From: Vampirovibrionaceae bacterium NZW_1234
GTDB taxonomy: Bacteria; Cyanobacteriota; Vampirovibrionia; Vampirovibrionales; JAGQHJ01
Assembly: GCA_041697335.1 (NCBI GenBank)
Contig: JBGUGD010000035.1
Coordinates: forward strand, 32,001 to 96,000
DNA: 64,000 nucleotides
Direction: 5' to 3'
Position 1 is the first letter of the stretch. The number at the start of each line of letters is the position of its first letter. The position numbers were made by a program, and so were the translations under genes. The notes below the pieces were generated by a model. The model had not been told where the DNA came from. It saw only the letters and a list, made by a program, of their open reading frames with translations, and searched no databases. Below are positions 58,573 through 64,000 of this stretch, one piece after another.

Positions 58573-59583
58573 ATGGATTTTACCCTCCTCGTCCTGATCA
58601 TCATCCTGGCCCTGGCCTTTGATTACATCAATGGCTTTCATGATGCGGCCAATGCCATTGCCACGGTTGTTTCCACCAAGGTGCTGACCCCTCGGGTCGC
58701 CGTGCTGTATGGCGCCATTCTCAACTTTTTGGGTGCCATGATGGGCACCGAAGTCGCTGCCACCATTGGCAAAGGCATTGTGGATGCAAAAATGGTGACC
58801 CCGGAAATCATCTTGTTCACTCTCATCGGGGCCATCATCTGGAACCTGTTCACGTGGTATAAAGGCCTCCCCACCAGCTCCTCCCATGCGCTTATCGGCT
58901 CCCTGTGCGGTGCGACCGTTTTTGGCTCCGCCACCACCAACCCTTTGACGGGGTTGCCTGCGGTACACTGGGACAAACTGTATCAAAAAGTGGTTGCCCC
59001 CATGTTTACCTCGCCGACGATTGGCCTGTTGCTGGGCTACGCCTTGATGCTCAGCCTGTTATGGTTTCTCCATAAAGTGGCCCTGTCGTCGGTGAACAAG
59101 TGGTCGGCCAAGCTTCAAATTGTTTCGGCGGGCTTTATGGCCTTAAGCCATGGCTCCAACGACGCCCAGAAGTCCATGGGGATTATCGCCATGAGTGTGG
59201 CGGCTTTCTATCACACGCCCTTTGTGGTGGACAACTGGGTGAAAGTGGCCTGTGCCGTTGCAATGGGCTTGGGCACCATGAGTGGCGGCTGGAAAATCAT
59301 CTACACGCTGGGGTCCAAGATGATCAAACTGCAACCCATCCACGGGTTTGCTGCCGAGACCACAGCCGGAAGCATTATTCTCCTGGCCTCCCACCATGGC
59401 ATTCCTGTGAGCACAACCCAGGTAATTAGTTCTGCCATTATGGGCGTCGGCGCCACCAAGCGCCTGTCGGCCGTGAAGTGGGGTGTTGTGGGCAATATCC
59501 TCTGGGCATGGGTGCTCACGCTGCCACTGACCTTTTTGTTATCGGGTCTTCTGTTTTGGGCATACAATAGGATCAGTCATTAA
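58573..59583 (+). CDS. pit: Inorganic phosphate transporter (PiT)
   Basis: NGFHDAANAIAT, P.SSSHALIG, HGSNDAQK, PVSTTQ. Confidence 0.92.
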   Translation: MDFTLLVLIIILALAFDYINGFHDAANAIATVVSTKVLTPRVAVLYGAILNFLGAMMGTEVAATIGKGIVDAKMVTPEIILFTLIGAIIWNLFTWYKGLPTSSSHALIGSLCGATVFGSATTNPLTGLPAVHWDKLYQKVVAPMFTSPTIGLLLGYALMLSLLWFLHKVALSSVNKWSAKLQIVSAGFMALSHGSNDAQKSMGIIAMSVAAFYHTPFVVDNWVKVACAVAMGLGTMSGGWKIIYTLGSKMIKLQPIHGFAAETTAGSIILLASHHGIPVSTTQVISSAIMGVGATKRLSAVKWGVVGNILWAWVLTLPLTFLLSGLLFWAYNRISH

Positions 59584-59637
59584 GCCGCCCAAACGGCCTC
59601 AAGCATCGTCATTGGCGAAGAGAAGGAATCCGGTACG

Positions 59638-60303
59638 ATGGACTCTATCAGCCACCTCATCGAAGTAATTTCGGTTTACATCAAGGACTTTATTGATACC
59701 ACCGGGTACCTGGGTGTCATCTTTTTGATGGCCCTGGAATCGTGTAACATCCCGGTGCCGAGCGAAGTGATTTTGACCTTTGCCGGCTACCTGGTCCAGC
59801 AAGGCCACATGAATTTTCACCTGGCCGCCCTGGCCGGAGCCATCGGTTGTGTTGTGGGATCGGCCCCATCCTATTGGCTGGGCTACTATGGGGGTCGTCC
59901 GTTTCTGGAAAAGCACGGAAAATGGCTGCTGTTAACACCCCATGACCTGGATGTCTCCGAGCGCTGGGTCAACAAGTATGGCACCCTCACGTTTTTCATC
60001 TGCCGCATGTTGCCGGTGGTGCGAACCTTTATCTCCCTGCCTGCCGGGATCCTGAAAGCCCGCTTCTGGCCCTTTATGTTCCTGACCTTTATCGGCTCCT
60101 GGATTTGGAGCTATGCCCTGGTCTGGGTCGGGGTGAAATTTGGTGAGAACAAGGAACTCTTCAGCCATTACTGGCATAAGTTTGATGCAGCCATTATCGG
60201 GGTCTGCTTTATTTTAGGCTGCCTTTATGTGTATAAACATGTCAAGCATTTCAAGCACGCGTCACCCCGTCCGCCCGTGGACTCGGAAACGCATTCCGTA
60301 TAA
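59638..60303 (+). CDS. DedA family membrane protein
   Basis: LES..IP.PSE.I...AG and R.LPVVRTFISLPAG. Confidence 0.9.
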   Translation: MDSISHLIEVISVYIKDFIDTTGYLGVIFLMALESCNIPVPSEVILTFAGYLVQQGHMNFHLAALAGAIGCVVGSAPSYWLGYYGGRPFLEKHGKWLLLTPHDLDVSERWVNKYGTLTFFICRMLPVVRTFISLPAGILKARFWPFMFLTFIGSWIWSYALVWVGVKFGENKELFSHYWHKFDAAIIGVCFILGCLYVYKHVKHFKHASPRPPVDSETHSV

Positions 60304-60333
60304 GTCTAAACCTGTTTAGGGGGAATTCACCTG

Positions 60334-61770
60334 ATGGCCACCACCGTACCCGCCAGCGATGCACCGGACAACACTGCGTCAGGGCAAGCGTTAAAACGAG
60401 AACTCGGCCTTTTTAGTGCTGTTGCTATTGTTTCAGGCGTCATGATTGGCTCCGGGATCTTTATTGTCTCCGCCGATATCAGCCGCCAAATGGGCTCACC
60501 GGGCTTGCTGTTGGCCATCTGGATTTTTACGGCCGTCACCACGCTTCTGGGTGCCATGAGCTACGGCAAGATGGCGGCGGCCTTTCCCGAAGCCGGGGGG
60601 CAATATGTTTTTCTGAAGAAGGCCTGGGGCGAGATACCGGCCTTTTTGTACGGCTGGGCACTGTTCTTTGTGATTCAGACCGGCACCTTGGCGGCCGTGG
60701 CCGTGGCCTTTGGCAAATTCCTGGGGGTTCTCATCCCGGCCATTTCCAGCCAAACCGTTTTGCTGTCTTTGGGGAGTTTTAAGCTTACCTCGGTCCAGGC
60801 GGTCGCCATCAGTGTTCTCATGCTCTTGACCGCTTACAATTGCCGGGGGATTAAGCAAGGCGCCCTCATGCAGAATATCTTCACCACCCTCAAGGTCCTG
60901 GCCCTTTCAGGCATCATCGTTGCCGGGATCTTCGGTGCCCAACACGGCCTGCCCAACCCATCCCAGTGGGCCATCAACTGGAATTTCGATTTTGGCGGCC
61001 TGCCCTTTCTCTCGGCCTTTGCGGTGGCCACCGTGGGATCGATGTTTGCGGCCGATGCCTGGAACAACGTGACCTTTATCGGCAGCGAGATCAAGAACCC
61101 CAAGCAGAACCTCCCCCGGGCCCTTTTCTGGGGGACGCTTCTGGTCTTGTCCCTGTATGTTCTGGCCAATGTGGCCTACATCAACCTGTTGCCCTTCGAT
61201 ATGATTCAACACGCCCCGGAGGATCGGGTGGCCACGGCCGCCATGAACCAACTTTGGGGCAGTGCAGGTTCTGTGCTGATGGCCTGTATCATTTTGGTTT
61301 CAGCCTTTGGCTGCTTGAACGGGATGATTTTGGCCGGTGCCCGGGTGTTTTATGCCATGGCCCACGACAACCTGTTCTTTGCCTCTTTCAAGCGGGTTCA
61401 CCCGAAGTTTCATAGCCCCACCGTCTCTCTGATTGGGCAGGGCATCTGTGCTGCCGTCCTCACGCTGTCCGGATCCTACGGTCAATTGCTGGACTACACG
61501 CTCTTTACGACCCTGCTCTTCTACGTCATCACCATTGTCGGCATGCTTCGCCTGGCCCGGACCCACGCACAAGAACTCGGCATGACCTCCTGGACCAGCT
61601 ACATTGTGCCGGTCACCTACCTGATTCTGGTCAGCTACATCTCCATTAACCTGGCCCTGTTCAAGCAACAATACACCCTGCCCGGCCTTGGCATTGTGAG
61701 CCTGGGGATTCCCATTTACTTTGCCTGGAAAGCATTTCACCAAAAGAAGGCTGTCGGGCAGACAACCTGA
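60334..61770 (+). CDS. APC-family amino acid permease
   Basis: LKRELG, IGSGIF, P.AGG.Y, E.KNP..NLPRA; about 12 TM segments. Confidence 0.9.
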   Translation: MATTVPASDAPDNTASGQALKRELGLFSAVAIVSGVMIGSGIFIVSADISRQMGSPGLLLAIWIFTAVTTLLGAMSYGKMAAAFPEAGGQYVFLKKAWGEIPAFLYGWALFFVIQTGTLAAVAVAFGKFLGVLIPAISSQTVLLSLGSFKLTSVQAVAISVLMLLTAYNCRGIKQGALMQNIFTTLKVLALSGIIVAGIFGAQHGLPNPSQWAINWNFDFGGLPFLSAFAVATVGSMFAADAWNNVTFIGSEIKNPKQNLPRALFWGTLLVLSLYVLANVAYINLLPFDMIQHAPEDRVATAAMNQLWGSAGSVLMACIILVSAFGCLNGMILAGARVFYAMAHDNLFFASFKRVHPKFHSPTVSLIGQGICAAVLTLSGSYGQLLDYTLFTTLLFYVITIVGMLRLARTHAQELGMTSWTSYIVPVTYLILVSYISINLALFKQQYTLPGLGIVSLGIPIYFAWKAFHQKKAVGQTT

Positions 61771-61791
61771 TATCGCTTCCAGTAGGAAAGA

Positions 61792-62736
61792 CTACGGGGA
61801 TTTCGGAGCGAACGCCCTGACCAGCACCTCGGCCAGCTTGCCCATGGTCTCATGCATGGTGTTTTTATCCACGTTGGCGTTTAGCACCAGGTTGGCATAG
61901 GGCCGGGTGGGGTCTACATGATATTCCTGCATTTCAAGAGCGTTCTTGAGCAAGGCCTCGCCTGAGGCATCGCGCTTGAAGTTACGCTCCTGGGCCCGGC
62001 GCCAGAAGCGATCCACTACGACACTGCGGTCGGCTTCAAAGAGAATCTTGAGATCGTAGATCTTGCGAAAGGGTTTCATCAGGGTGAAGAGGCCTTCGGT
62101 CACCAAAAACGGCGTCGGCCTGATGGTCAGGGCATTGGGGGTGCTGGAGCTGTCGGTGAAGTCATACTTTCGAATGCGGGTGGAAAGCCCGGACTTTAAG
62201 CTCTCGACGGCCCGCTTGTATTCAGCCAGGTGAAAGCAGGTCCAGGTATCGAGGTTGACCTTTTGAAAGAAGGCATCCCCATGCTGACGGCGTAATTCGG
62301 TGTTGTCCCGATAGAAGTTGTCCTGGCTCAGAAACGTGGCTATCGCCTTCTTGCGCCGGGACCAGCGGCTCATTGCAATGCCTGCCTCACGCAGCTGATC
62401 GAGAAACCCTTTGGCTGCCGTGGTTTTTCCTGTAGCCGTGCCACCGGCAACGGCCAAGGTGAAAGGGCGCAGGGTCGTTGTCTCGTTTTGCTCTTTCAGA
62501 AAGCGCTTGGCCTGGGTCAAAATGTCAAACATATTGACGGACTTGATGACAGGTTGGACGTGGGTGGCTTTGTCCCAGCGAAGCAGGCGATAAAAGTCTT
62601 CTTCAAAGGCCTGAAGACGTTGATGAAGCTGCTCAGCGCTAAGCTTGGCCGGTTTATGACCGGACGAAGGCTTTCCCTGGAAGCGCACATTCGCTGCCCA
62701 AAAAGCACTGTTGCGTTGAGCCACCTGCATGGTCAC
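61792..62736 (-). CDS. Uridine kinase-like P-loop protein with N-terminal VRFQG leader
   Basis: AGGTATGKTT, QDNFY, YDF, EGLF, DLKI. Confidence 0.7.
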   Translation of the reverse strand: MTMQVAQRNSAFWAANVRFQGKPSSGHKPAKLSAEQLHQRLQAFEEDFYRLLRWDKATHVQPVIKSVNMFDILTQAKRFLKEQNETTTLRPFTLAVAGGTATGKTTAAKGFLDQLREAGIAMSRWSRRKKAIATFLSQDNFYRDNTELRRQHGDAFFQKVNLDTWTCFHLAEYKRAVESLKSGLSTRIRKYDFTDSSSTPNALTIRPTPFLVTEGLFTLMKPFRKIYDLKILFEADRSVVVDRFWRRAQERNFKRDASGEALLKNALEMQEYHVDPTRPYANLVLNANVDKNTMHETMGKLAEVLVRAFAPKSP

Positions 62737-62982
62737 CGTCTCCTTTCCACACGCACCTCAAGTAAGACCTTTGTAGTTTTACCCAAAACCCCCGAATTTC
62801 GCAACCGATGACGTCGCCGCCTGAAGCCCTTGAAGGTCTATTCCACTAACCAATGCCCTTTTTAGCCCGAACAACGTAAAACACAGAAAGGTAATACAAA
62901 AGTTAACATGCTCTGTCGGCAGCCTCAGGGTTTTTGCCACAATACAGGGTAAGCTCGTCAGTCAAAATACAGGATAGGGATT

Positions 62983-63612
62983 GTGCCTATGAGCGATGGT
63001 TTTCAAGCAACCTTCCCACCCCCATGGCAGACACTGGAAGAGGTCTGCCACACGGCCAGTGGCTGTGTTCGATGTGCGCTCCACACGTCTCGGACCAAGG
63101 TGGTCTTTGGATCCGGCAACCCTAAAACCCCTCTGATTTTTATTGGCGAAGGCCCCGGCCAAACTGAGGACGAGACCGGCCTGCCCTTCGTCGGGCGTGC
63201 GGGCAAGCTCCTGACCCAGATCATTGAATCGGTGGGCCTCAACCGAGAGACCGATTGCTACATCACCAACGTCGTCAAATGCCGTCCTCCCGGCAATCGG
63301 GTGCCCAGTGACATTGAGATGGCCACGTGCTTTCCCTACCTGGAAGCCCAAATCAACTTTATCCGGCCTCAGATCATTGTCCTGGTGGGGGCAACAGCCT
63401 TAAAAGGGGTCTTGGGGATGAAAAGCCCCATCACCAAAATCCGCGGCCAGTGGCTCGATACGCCGTTTCATGGGGCAAAAGCCATGCCCATCTTTCATCC
63501 GTCCTATTTGTTACGAAATCCTTCATCGGAAAAAGGCACCCCAAAGTGGCTGACCTGGATGGATATCCAGGAAATCAAGAAAGCCTATGATGCCCTGACC
63601 ATGCATGTTTGA
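62983..63612 (+). CDS. Uracil-DNA glycosylase family 4
   Basis: C..C.L, GEGPG..ED..G.PFVG, KCRPP.NR, HPSYLL. Confidence 0.92.
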   Translation: MPMSDGFQATFPPPWQTLEEVCHTASGCVRCALHTSRTKVVFGSGNPKTPLIFIGEGPGQTEDETGLPFVGRAGKLLTQIIESVGLNRETDCYITNVVKCRPPGNRVPSDIEMATCFPYLEAQINFIRPQIIVLVGATALKGVLGMKSPITKIRGQWLDTPFHGAKAMPIFHPSYLLRNPSSEKGTPKWLTWMDIQEIKKAYDALTMHV

Positions 63613-63799
63613 TTCCATGTAGGACACATTACCCACCGACCCAAATTCCCCTTACCACACGATCCGGTCGTGGGGGTCATTGTAATTTTTTCTTAACAAA
63701 TTGTTGCCCCACTGATATAATAATTTTCAATCGCTCGAGTGCTTGATTAAGAGAGTGGACGTTACAAAACCGAGTGGGATGGATAGGAGTTAGTATCAC

Positions 63800-64000
63800 A
63801 TGTCAATGGCAGATCCGTTCGAGTCGGATGTGGTGATTGGTACCTTCAAGCGATGGAGCGCCTCGGCCGTGGAATGTTTTGTGCGCGAGGCTCATTGTGA
63901 CGGGTGCTACTACAGCGACTTCTTCAAAGACCGACCCTACGGGTGCAAAATGCATCTGGCAGTCGAACAATTGCTGGAAACCTTGGGGGAACCGAGCAAA
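63800..64000 (+). CDS. Cys-containing hypothetical protein (runs off the window)
   Basis: AGGAG RBS; MSMADPF...C...CDGC...C; no stop within the window. Confidence 0.5.
   Translation, partial: MSMADPFESDVVIGTFKRWSASAVECFVREAHCDGCYYSDFFKDRPYGCKMHLAVEQLLETLGEPSK

Noticed and set aside
1..64000. CRISPR array
   Set aside because: No run of regularly spaced 25-40 bp repeats with unique spacers was seen, and no cas-like ORFs.

Overview
Bacterial chromosome window. The lineage is tentatively non-photosynthetic Cyanobacteriota (Vampirovibrionia/Melainabacteria-like), inferred from gene style and not proven. The left 60% is a ~36.6 kb element bounded by a 50-bp direct repeat of the 3' end of tRNA-Val(CAC) (1372-1421 and 37945-37994), and it has three parts. 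(i) 1.7-7.6 kb is a phage-like module of DNA adenine methylase, ParB-like protein, small and large terminase and a tyrosine recombinase, with no visible portal or capsid genes. (ii) 8.3-21.7 kb holds host-like orphan genes, many sharing an N-terminal [hydrophobic/R]-F-[G/S/A] motif and an upstream bipartite DNA motif. (iii) 22-37.9 kb is AT-rich cargo: a complete His-Xaa-Ser (hxsA-D-B-C) radical-SAM peptide system next to a SIR2-like gene, two HEPN-motif genes, a Schlafen/AlbA_2 gene, umuDC, a thermonuclease and an integrase whose reading frame runs through the tRNA. Right of the tRNA are mostly core genes (bolA, grxD, iscA, ygfZ-TPR, frr, tandem AdoMetDC paralogues, pit/DUF47, dedA, APC permease, UDG). 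This side also carries a 1577-aa pentapeptide-repeat/HEXXH/Ntox21-like polymorphic toxin candidate with no obvious immunity gene, a GNAT plus eukaryote-type arginine methyltransferase pair whose N-terminus looks RRE-like, and a candidate structured ncRNA. All domain calls come from motif recognition by eye; no searches were run.
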